In this document: positions 7,833 through 15,363 of the stretch, piece by piece
How positions within the stretch are numbered: position 1 is the stretch's first letter
Layout: each line of letters starts with the position of its first letter
Assembly (NCBI RefSeq): GCF_002310835.1
Contig: NZ_CP011041.1
Location: forward strand, 1,140,001-1,172,000
Direction of reading: 5' to 3'
Source of the DNA: Pseudoalteromonas tetraodonis
Lineage (GTDB): Bacteria > Pseudomonadota > Gammaproteobacteria > Enterobacterales > Alteromonadaceae
Length of the DNA stretch: 32,000 bases
The notes under the pieces: model-generated
Told to the model about the DNA's origin: nothing
The model's input: only the letters and a program-made list of their open reading frames with translations
Database searches by the model: none
Translations under genes and position numbers: made by a program

Positions 7833-8279
7833 ATGCGTACAGTAGATTTATCACCCCTATACCGTTCATTCATTGGTTTCGATCATTTAGCATCATTAAT
7901 GGATGCCGCTGCACGAACTGATAAGCAGCCAAGTTTTCCTCCTTATAACATCGAAGCGCTTGATAAAGACAAGTACCGTATCACTATGGCAGTCGCTGGA
8001 TTTAGTGAAGACGAGTTAAGCTTACAATCTGAAAACAACACTTTGGTTGTATCAGGCACTAAAGCAGGTAAAGAGCAAAATGATGAGCGCAAATTTATTC
8101 ATCAAGGGATTGCCGAGCGTAACTTTGAGCGTAAGTTTCAGTTAGGCGACCACGTTAAAGTACTTGGTGCAGACTTAGCCAATGGCTTACTAAGCATCGA
8201 CCTTGAACGTGAGATCCCAGAAGCCCTTAAGCCACGTAAAATCGAGATTGGCTCAGGCAATATGCTAGAAAGCAAATAG
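7833..8279 (+). CDS. ibpA: Small heat-shock protein IbpA (alpha-crystallin/Hsp20 family)
   Basis: MRTVDLSPLYRSFIGFDHL, PPYNIE, YRITMAVAGF and ERKFQL match IbpA/IbpB. I chose the ATG at 7833 (GAGGA SD 7 nt upstream) over the non-ATG start at 7770 in the ORF track. Confidence 0.9.
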   Translation: MRTVDLSPLYRSFIGFDHLASLMDAAARTDKQPSFPPYNIEALDKDKYRITMAVAGFSEDELSLQSENNTLVVSGTKAGKEQNDERKFIHQGIAERNFERKFQLGDHVKVLGADLANGLLSIDLEREIPEALKPRKIEIGSGNMLESK

Positions 8280-8306
8280 TTAAGCTAGCACATGTATTTT
8301 CCCTGT

Positions 8307-8333
8307 GAAAAGCCGCCATTTGGCGGCTTTTTG
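8307..8333. terminator. Bidirectional Rho-independent terminator between ibpA and the convergent operon
   Basis: The stem AGCCGCCA/TGGCGGCT (8 bp) has AAAA on its 5-prime side and TTTTT on its 3-prime side. Confidence 0.75.
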
Positions 8334-8338
8334 CGTTG

Positions 8339-8851
8339 TTAGTCTTTTAAGTTTATTTGCATTTGTTTTAAAGCGTTAATTTTATCTATCGCAACTTGCA
8401 GTTGTTCTTGTGAAAGCTTTTTTTGTCGGCCTTTAGCCAGTAATTCTTCAAGTTTTAATATTTTGGCTTGTGCAGCAATAACAAAACGTTGCTCTAGCTG
8501 TCTTTGCTGTTCAAGGTGGAAATCTTGATATGCCTGGTGATTATTTAAATCACCGCTGTACTGAGCAACTGGCTGAGTATTTTTTACTATGTTGGGTAAA
8601 TAGGCAGGAGAGGTTATTGGTGGCAAAGGCTGAGGGCTCGTATTGTTAGTTGTAACCGTGTTTAATTGCGTGCTTTTCAGCTCTTGGGTCATGTCAGCAG
8701 TAGTCAGCTCAAGTGACGTTATTTGCTTAACACTTTTAGCTTGGTTAAGGGAATCAATATTCTTTATCGTTGGTTTACTAGTATATTGAGTAAAAAGTGC
8801 GTACATACCAACACAAGCTACAACAACAGAAACGAAAACTTTTTTGCTCAT
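8339..8851 (-). CDS. Hypothetical membrane-anchored coiled-coil protein, third gene of the PLC-like operon
   Basis: The 170-aa product has an N-terminal anchor (VFVSVVVACVGMYALF), a Thr/Gln/Pro-rich linker and a C-terminal heptad-like Q/L/E/K-rich segment. An AGGAG SD lies upstream, and its ATG overlaps the upstream stop (ATGA at 8848-8851). Confidence 0.55.
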   Translation of the reverse strand: MSKKVFVSVVVACVGMYALFTQYTSKPTIKNIDSLNQAKSVKQITSLELTTADMTQELKSTQLNTVTTNNTSPQPLPPITSPAYLPNIVKNTQPVAQYSGDLNNHQAYQDFHLEQQRQLEQRFVIAAQAKILKLEELLAKGRQKKLSQEQLQVAIDKINALKQMQINLKD

Positions 8852-10038
8852 AAAATTACTCCTGTCTTATTTTGCCACTTGAGCCAAGTATCCTCATACT
8901 GTTGTACCGCTTTTTGTTTTGCGATGGCCTTTGTTGCTTGGTACCGAACGGTTTCATCTTCTGGCGAAAAGTACTCAAACTGATGCTCATAACTGTGTAT
9001 CACCACCCATTCACCACTGGGTGTACGTATAACAGGAGAAATGGTGTTTTCTTTAGTTGTGAACGCAAGTTGTACAACCCAGCTACTTTTGTTTTTACGG
9101 TTTAATTCACTGTTGTATTGAGCATATATATCTTGTTTTCCTGATATTACTAATGCTTGTTTTAGCGTTTTGTTACCGGCCAAGGTGCGAAAACCTAAAG
9201 CATTGGCTCGATTTGCAAATTGAGCTCCATGGGCTTTTACGTGGCTTAAAAATTTAAACTGCGATTTATTGGCTTGATAAAATGCTTTAATTTCGCTTTT
9301 GTTTACTTGTTTCTCTAGTTTTTCAAGAACGGGGCTTTGCATATGCATCATTGTATTTATGCCTAGCCAGCTTTGAATGGAGGAGCGCAAAATATCTCCT
9401 TGAGCTATTTCATACAGATGTTCAATATCAATATTCTGTTTTGCCAAAATCGGTTTGGCTTTTGAAAACGCTATATTGAATTGCCGTTTTTTTATTAATT
9501 CACTTTTGAATAGTTCACTATCTCCTTTGTGGAGTTTAAAGCGTACCTGCATTGATAGTGAATCGACAAATTCATATAAATTAATAGCGTTATACAAAAG
9601 AGGGGTTAAATCAAACTGCTGCATTTTTTTGATGGCGCTTTGCACATACTGGCCATTTTTAGGGTAGGGCCCTAATGTGTGTTTAAGCCATTGGTTATCA
9701 TAAATTTCAAGCTTTATCGGGCTTGACTGTGCACTTATAGCTAATTGTGAATCGAGCAGATTTTTTAAGTAACGTTCAACATGGTATTGAGTACTAAAAC
9801 CAACGGCAGATTGTCGTTTTATTATCGCAGGGGTTTTTAGCGCAGCTTGTTGTAATAAAAACTGATTCTCATACAGACGAGTTCTAACTTCATTGATTGT
9901 AATATCAGGGTTGTGCTTTAAATAAGCACGATGCATAAAGTTAATTTCATCACTGTTGTATTGTGTAAATGATGCCATTACTAGGGAGTGGTAAAACACA
10001 CCTAGTAATGTAATCACTAAAATTGCCATTTTTTTCAT
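8848..10038 (-). CDS. Secreted protein with a degenerate parvulin (PpiC/SurA)-like C-terminal region; putative folding helper
   Basis: The 396-aa product has a signal peptide (MKKMAILVITLLGVFYHSLVMA). Its C-terminal block ISPVIRTPSGEWVVIHSYE resembles the parvulin block (s.Pv.t.fG.HiI). Its start overlaps the upstream stop (TAATG at 10036-10040). The functional call is weak. Confidence 0.45.
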   Translation of the reverse strand: MKKMAILVITLLGVFYHSLVMASFTQYNSDEINFMHRAYLKHNPDITINEVRTRLYENQFLLQQAALKTPAIIKRQSAVGFSTQYHVERYLKNLLDSQLAISAQSSPIKLEIYDNQWLKHTLGPYPKNGQYVQSAIKKMQQFDLTPLLYNAINLYEFVDSLSMQVRFKLHKGDSELFKSELIKKRQFNIAFSKAKPILAKQNIDIEHLYEIAQGDILRSSIQSWLGINTMMHMQSPVLEKLEKQVNKSEIKAFYQANKSQFKFLSHVKAHGAQFANRANALGFRTLAGNKTLKQALVISGKQDIYAQYNSELNRKNKSSWVVQLAFTTKENTISPVIRTPSGEWVVIHSYEHQFEYFSPEDETVRYQATKAIAKQKAVQQYEDTWLKWQNKTGVIL

Positions 10039-11051
10039 TAGCGAGCAACCATGGCATGGTTTAATAAGTGCACCACCATTGCTATTGCATGGGGCACGAC
10101 CTGCTTAGCTATATTAAGGCGATCAAAATGATCTTCTGAGTTGAGCACAATCCCACCTTGTGCATAAGAAAATGAACCGCCTTGAGTTAATAATGGGCGA
10201 ACATCTTGGCTATTTTTATCTAAAGGCGAGAACGTTTGCATTGCTTGAGTAACGAGTGATAAATCGTTGAGCTGCTCTTGGTCATAGTAATCGTTTACCC
10301 AACTTTCCCAGCTAGAATGATTTAGATCTGATGTGGTCCACGTGTGGTGAGGCTGTAATAAATCAGTAGTATGGAACACAAACCCTAATACTTGCGGATT
10401 GCCGCTCTGTAAGTAACTTTGATACCAATATTGCCCTAAATTATCGATAGGTTGAAATGGCATTTCTTCAAAGTCATCGTACATAGAATAGGTTGAGTTG
10501 CTATCGATTCTGTAGTGAGATTCTGTTACACCATAACTGTTATATTTTGAAGAGTCGGCATTGAACCAACCTGTTTCTCCCCCTTTACCATCATCAAGAT
10601 AGTCACCTTTAAGCCAAGCAGATGCAAGATTATCAATAGTGCCCCAAACGGTGAGCTTTTCATAATTATAACCACCAAAATCGTTTCCATGGTGGTCTGC
10701 ACCTTGGGTATGATTTTGAAAATGCCAATAGCTTGTATATTTAACTATACTTTGCGCTGCTCCCCATACTGGCGCTTGAACACATGAACCTGTAATAGCA
10801 CCACAGAAAAAGGTGTCTTCAAAGTCATCTACATCATAAGCAGCTTGTCCCAGCAGCTCCGCTAATTCAGAGATTGTCAGATTGTTTTGTGCAGCGTACT
10901 GACGTAGGGCAGCATATTCGGTGCTGGCTGGGTGTTGCTGCATATAATTTACGGCATCAAGAACAATACGTTTGTGAGTTTCTTGACTAAAAGCTTGAGC
11001 TTGGCTTGTACCGAGCAATAAAAGTGTCGCTGCAATTAATTGTTTTTTCAT
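10038..11051 (-). CDS. Zinc-dependent phospholipase C family protein (secreted)
   Basis: The signal peptide ends in AQA. The mature protein carries colinear counterparts of the zinc-ligand blocks of Bacillus cereus PC-PLC and clostridial alpha-toxin as I recall them: ETHKRIV (H14 block), AAYDVDDFED (D55), YWHFQNH (H69), LGFVFHTTDLLQPHHTW (H118/D122/H128) and NHSSWESWV (H142/E146). Confidence 0.7.
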   Translation of the reverse strand: MKKQLIAATLLLLGTSQAQAFSQETHKRIVLDAVNYMQQHPASTEYAALRQYAAQNNLTISELAELLGQAAYDVDDFEDTFFCGAITGSCVQAPVWGAAQSIVKYTSYWHFQNHTQGADHHGNDFGGYNYEKLTVWGTIDNLASAWLKGDYLDDGKGGETGWFNADSSKYNSYGVTESHYRIDSNSTYSMYDDFEEMPFQPIDNLGQYWYQSYLQSGNPQVLGFVFHTTDLLQPHHTWTTSDLNHSSWESWVNDYYDQEQLNDLSLVTQAMQTFSPLDKNSQDVRPLLTQGGSFSYAQGGIVLNSEDHFDRLNIAKQVVPHAIAMVVHLLNHAMVAR

Positions 11052-11185
11052 TTTATTCTCATCATAGTCTGGAGTAAGAGGTGCTATTAAAAAATAAGCT
11101 CATTACACTGACATGACAAATAAATTAAACATTTAATTAACAATATTACCTATTTTGGTACTTTAATATTAACTATCAAGAATGC

Positions 11186-11203
11186 TGCCGTCAATTGACG
11201 GCA
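11186..11203 (-). terminator. Perfect 18-bp palindrome / hairpin just past the photolyase-family stop
   Basis: TGCCGTCAATTGACGGCA forms a 7-bp stem with an AATT loop, 8 nt beyond the stop at 11211 on the minus strand. The following T-tract is modest. It could alternatively be an operator upstream of the PLC-like operon. Confidence 0.4.
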
Positions 11204-11210
11204 TTTATAT

Positions 11211-12764
11211 TTAAAGCTTTTCAATATTATTTAAATAGTTGTTAGCTTGCTCTAAGGTTTCTTGGCGCAATGATTCATCTTGTTTATCCCAATTGCGATA
11301 AACCATGCCTATTCGTGGATTTTTTTCAAGCCGCTCTCGGTGTGTTTGCATAAATTGCCAATAGAGGCTATTTAGAGGGCAAGCGTCTTTTCCTACTTTT
11401 TCTTTCACCTTATATTGGCAGCTTTTACAGTAGTCGCTCATTTTATTTATATAGTTGCCGCTAGCCGCATAAGGCTTAGTAGCAATGATGCCATCGTCAG
11501 CAAATTGACTCATGCCACGCGCGTTAGGCATTTCTACCCATTCAATAGCATCGATATAAACACCCAAATACCATTCATCCACTTCATCAGGGTTAATAGC
11601 GGTTAGTAAACAAAAATTACCTATTACCATTAAACGTTGAATATGATGGGCATACGCGCTGTCTAAGCTTTGTGTTAATGAGTGGCTTAGGCAGTTCATT
11701 TTTGTTTTACCATTCCAAAAATAACGTGGCAGTGCACGGGTTGCATTAAGCTGGTTTTTGTAAGCGTAATCGGGCATGTTTTTCCAATAGACACCACGCA
11801 CATATTCGCGCCAACCCAGTACTTGACGAATAAAGCCTTCAACCTGAGAAATAGATATTTCATCTTGGCGTTGTTGGTATTCTTTGACCACACGGTCGAT
11901 AACATAGCGAGGATGTAAAATTTTGGCATTTAACGCAAATGATAACCGGCTGTGATAAAAGGTATCTTTATCAGGGCATTGATCTGTCATCGCATCTTGA
12001 AATTGACCAAAGCGGGGAAGTAAATGTGCACAAAAGTGATCAAGTGCGTTTATTGCTTGTTTACGGGTTGTTGGCCAGCTTAATTGGGTTTCTATTTGCC
12101 CAAAGTATTTTATTTTATGTTTATCTAAACGCTCAATGATGGTGCTAACATCATTTTTAAATAATTTGGGTTTGGGGATATCGGCTAAATCGCTTTTTGA
12201 AAACTTATTACGGTTATTCGCATCAAAGTTCCATTGGCCACCTTGAGGTTTGTCATCATCCATTAAAATATCAAACTGCTTACGCATTGCCCGATAAAAA
12301 TGCTCCATAGTGACGTGCTTATCTTTTTTAAAGCGTTTATCTATGTCGCTGTAGGCTAATAAAAAATGCTCGCTGTCACAGGCAGTCACAGCTAATTCGC
12401 TGTTAGTGGCAAAGTCGTGCAGTTGTGTTTTTAAACGGTACTCATCTGGGTATTGATATTCAATTGAGGTGCATTCATGCTGCTTAGCTAATCGAGTTAA
12501 AAGAGCGGGTAAGTTATCATCGTCTTTGGTGTCATCTAACGTTAAATGCAACACGTTAAAGCCGGCATCTTTTAAGGCGTTAGCGAAGTTTTCCATGGCT
12601 TTAAAAAAGGCTGATATTTTTTGCACGTGATGCTTTACGTACAGCGCTTCTTGCATGAGCTCGGCAATAACAAACACGGTGTCATCGGATTTATCTTTAA
12701 ACCAAGAATGAGCGGGGTTTAGCTGGTCACCTAAAATTAGTTTTAAGGTTTTGAATTTTTTCAT
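11211..12764 (-). CDS. FeS-BCP / CryPro family protein (photolyase-related, probable (6-4) photolyase, PhrB/CryB-like)
   Basis: The 517-aa product has the architecture of deoxyribodipyrimidine photolyase-related proteins (COG3046-type). Its four Cys are spaced C...C-x2-C-x12-C (NCLSHS, then YCKSCQYKVKEKVGKDAC), as in the [4Fe-4S] ligands of Agrobacterium PhrB. Confidence 0.8.
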   Translation of the reverse strand: MKKFKTLKLILGDQLNPAHSWFKDKSDDTVFVIAELMQEALYVKHHVQKISAFFKAMENFANALKDAGFNVLHLTLDDTKDDDNLPALLTRLAKQHECTSIEYQYPDEYRLKTQLHDFATNSELAVTACDSEHFLLAYSDIDKRFKKDKHVTMEHFYRAMRKQFDILMDDDKPQGGQWNFDANNRNKFSKSDLADIPKPKLFKNDVSTIIERLDKHKIKYFGQIETQLSWPTTRKQAINALDHFCAHLLPRFGQFQDAMTDQCPDKDTFYHSRLSFALNAKILHPRYVIDRVVKEYQQRQDEISISQVEGFIRQVLGWREYVRGVYWKNMPDYAYKNQLNATRALPRYFWNGKTKMNCLSHSLTQSLDSAYAHHIQRLMVIGNFCLLTAINPDEVDEWYLGVYIDAIEWVEMPNARGMSQFADDGIIATKPYAASGNYINKMSDYCKSCQYKVKEKVGKDACPLNSLYWQFMQTHRERLEKNPRIGMVYRNWDKQDESLRQETLEQANNYLNNIEKL

Positions 12765-12888
12765 AATGAGCCAAAATTATCTTTATACGCTGTATTTTAA
12801 AAAGCGATCGATTTCTACATGTCGTTTTAATCATAGAGCAAAGCAATAAACAGCATTGCTTTTTTTATCAACTTATTACTTATTGTGG

Positions 12889-12917
12889 TTGCTAATTTAG
12901 GTGTACATCTTTATAAT
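12889..12917 (+). promoter_or_regulatory. Near-consensus sigma-70 promoter for metY and the downstream operon
   Basis: It has -35 TTGCTA (12889-12894), a 17-nt spacer and -10 TATAAT (12912-12917), followed by a GC-rich discriminator (AGCGGCC) typical of stringently controlled stable-RNA promoters. It lies about 70 nt upstream of the tRNA. Confidence 0.6.
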
Positions 12918-12988
12918 AGCGGCCATTGTTTAGTAGGTTATAAAATTTACTAACAGCGATATTAAGTTATTAACTTTTTATCTATTGG

Positions 12989-13065
<77 letters not shown>

Positions 13066-13100
13066 ATCTTAATAGTAGGTTTATGCTTACTACTTTATAT

Positions 13101-13130
13101 CGCGCATTCTAAGTAATGCGCGTTTTGCGT
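13101..13130 (+). terminator. Rho-independent terminator after metY
   Basis: The stem CGCGCATT/AATGCGCG (8 bp, 6-nt loop) is followed by TTTTGCGTTT. Confidence 0.7.
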
Positions 13131-13217
13131 TTAAGCTAATGAAGTTTAATTTGGTCAGGGTACTGACTCGCAACCAAGCTTGGCCATAGGCCACACAGTT
13201 TTGCGTTTTTTGGTGTG

Positions 13218-13246
13218 ACGCCCCGCTTGGTTCGGGGCGTTGTTGT
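13218..13246 (+). terminator. Second GC-rich hairpin (attenuator/terminator-like) in the metY-rimP spacer
   Basis: The stem ACGCCCCG/CGGGGCGT (8 bp, 7-nt loop) is followed by TGTTGTAT. Confidence 0.45.
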
Positions 13247-13344
13247 ATCTGCACCGTTTGATTTAATGTTTATCGATTAAATCAAAATTTAAACTCAGTA
13301 TTTTAGGGCTATAAGCCCTTTTTTTGTTTGTATGGAGGATTTTC

Positions 13345-13800
13345 GTGACAAAACTTGAACAAGATTTAGTAACCATGTTAACGCCTGCGGTAGAAATGTT
13401 AGGCTTTGAATTACATGGGCTTGAGTTTGTACAAGCGGGTCGCCATTCTACCTTAAGAGTATACATTGCTCATGAGGATGGGATTTCAGTTGACAACTGC
13501 GCCGATGCAAGTCGTCAAATTAGTGCGATTTTAGACGTCGAAGACCCAATTACAAACGAATACGATTTGGAAGTGTCGTCTCCTGGTGTTGATCGTCCAT
13601 TATTCAAACAAGATCACTACGAGCAGGCGCAAGGAGAGGAAGTACGCGTGCGTACTAAGCTTCCACAAGATGGTCGCCGTAATTTTAAAGGCGACTTAAT
13701 AGCAGTTAGCAGCGATATGATCACACTATCTAGCGATGGTGCGGAGCATTTAATCATGCTTAGTAACATTGAACGTGCGAACATAATCGCAAAGTTTTAA
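13345..13800 (+). CDS. rimP: Ribosome maturation factor RimP
   Basis: [49 protein letters not shown] and [13 protein letters not shown] are colinear with E. coli RimP. I chose the GTG at 13345, which has a GGAGGA SD 5 nt upstream, over the upstream TTG in the ORF track. Confidence 0.9.
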   Translation: MTKLEQDLVTMLTPAVEMLGFELHGLEFVQAGRHSTLRVYIAHEDGISVDNCADASRQISAILDVEDPITNEYDLEVSSPGVDRPLFKQDHYEQAQGEEVRVRTKLPQDGRRNFKGDLIAVSSDMITLSSDGAEHLIMLSNIERANIIAKF

Positions 13801-13838
13801 TTCGAGTGCGAAGGAATAGGGCAAGCGAGGCATTACCC

Positions 13839-15338
13839 ATGGCAAAAGAAATATTATTGGTTGCTGAAGCCGTTTCCAATGAGAAAGCGGTTCCAAAAGA
13901 AAAGATTTTTGAAGCTCTAGAGTTCGCATTAGCGACAGCGACAAAGAAAAAGCATGATGGTGAAATTGATGTACGTGTTGCAATTGACCGTAAAACCGGC
14001 GATTACGATACCTTCCGTCGCTGGCAAATAGCTGAAGTTTTAGAAGATGGTTCTTTAGAGAATCCATACAGCGAAATCACGTTAGAAGCTGCTCAAGTTG
14101 AAGAACCTGACTTGAAAATGGGCGACTACGTAGAAGAGCAGATTGAATCAATTAAATTTGACCGCATAACAACACAGATGGCTAAGCAAGTGATCGTACA
14201 AAAAGTACGTGAAGCAGAGCGCGCCTTAGTCGTTGAAGCATATAAAGATCAAGAAGGCGAGCTGGTAACGGGTGTTGTTAAAAAAGCAACCCGTGATGCA
14301 ATCGTACTTGATTTAGGTAACAACGCAGAAGCGGTTATTTATCGTGACGACATGCTGCCACGTGAAAACTTCCGCCCGGGTGATCGTATCCGCGGTCTTT
14401 TATATGAAGTGAAGCCTGAAGCACGCGGTGCACAATTATTTGTAACCCGTTCTAAACCAGAAATGCTGATGGAATTATTCCGCATTGAGGTGCCAGAAAT
14501 TGGCGAAGAAATGATTGAATTACGCGCTGCAGCACGTGATCCAGGTTCACGCGCTAAAATCGCGGTTAAATCTAACGATAAGCGTATTGACCCTGTTGGT
14601 GCGTGTGTTGGTATGCGTGGCGCACGTGTTCAAGCGGTATCGTCAGAACTTGGCGGTGAGCGTGTTGATATCGTACTTTACGATGACAACCCTGCACAGT
14701 TTGTTATTAACGCAATGGCACCAGCAGAAGTGGCTTCAATCGTAATGGATGAAGATACACACTCAATGGATATTGCTGTTGAAGCTGATAACTTAGCACA
14801 AGCTATTGGTCGTAATGGTCAAAACGTACGTTTAGCAAGCCAATTAACTGGCTGGGAATTAAACGTAATGACCGTTGATGAAATGCGCGCTAAGAACGAA
14901 GCTGAGTCAGATAAGTTAATTAACTTATTTACTGAAAACTTAGATATTGATGACGAATTTGCATCATTACTTATCAACGAAGGTTTCTCAACACTTGAAG
15001 AAGTTGCTTATGTTCCGGCTTCAGAGTTTTTAGAAATCGACGGCTTAGATGAAGAAACAGTGGACGTATTACGTTCACGTGCAAAAGATGCATTAACAAC
15101 GAAAGCGCTTAAAACGGAAGAAAGCTTAGAAGGCGCTGAGCCTGCAGAAGACTTACTTGCGCTTGAAGGCTTAGAGCGTCATTTAGCATTTGTTATGGCA
15201 AGTAAGGGTGTAGTAACACTTGAAGACTTAGCTGAGCAAGGCATTGATGAGCTTGTAGATATTACAGAGCTATCTTCAGAGAAAGCGGGCGAGCTAATTA
15301 TGGCTGCACGTAATATTTGTTGGTTTGCAGACGAGTAA
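13839..15338 (+). CDS. nusA: Transcription termination/antitermination factor NusA
   Basis: The 499-aa product from ATG 13839 begins [28 protein letters not shown] and has S1 and KH regions ([37 protein letters not shown]) and the C-terminal acidic repeats. Confidence 0.95.
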   Translation: MAKEILLVAEAVSNEKAVPKEKIFEALEFALATATKKKHDGEIDVRVAIDRKTGDYDTFRRWQIAEVLEDGSLENPYSEITLEAAQVEEPDLKMGDYVEEQIESIKFDRITTQMAKQVIVQKVREAERALVVEAYKDQEGELVTGVVKKATRDAIVLDLGNNAEAVIYRDDMLPRENFRPGDRIRGLLYEVKPEARGAQLFVTRSKPEMLMELFRIEVPEIGEEMIELRAAARDPGSRAKIAVKSNDKRIDPVGACVGMRGARVQAVSSELGGERVDIVLYDDNPAQFVINAMAPAEVASIVMDEDTHSMDIAVEADNLAQAIGRNGQNVRLASQLTGWELNVMTVDEMRAKNEAESDKLINLFTENLDIDDEFASLLINEGFSTLEEVAYVPASEFLEIDGLDEETVDVLRSRAKDALTTKALKTEESLEGAEPAEDLLALEGLERHLAFVMASKGVVTLEDLAEQGIDELVDITELSSEKAGELIMAARNICWFADE

Positions 15339-15363
15339 TTTATTAACGGAGGTATTAGAGACT

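Noticed and set aside
12841-12868. The hairpin AAGCAAT/ATTGCTT followed by a T-run on the plus strand, which looks like a terminator.
   Set aside because: There is no upstream plus-strand gene for it to terminate. It lies in the divergent promoter region between the photolyase-family gene and metY, and the stem is short and AT-rich.
13167-13176. CTCGCAACCA, which resembles the 3-prime end of the upstream tRNA-fMet (CTCCCGCAACCA, 13054-13065). It could be read as an att-site remnant of an island integrated at the tRNA.
   Set aside because: Only about 10 nt are similar, there is no integrase or other mobile gene in the window, and the downstream genes are the canonical rimP-nusA operon. Chance similarity is more likely.
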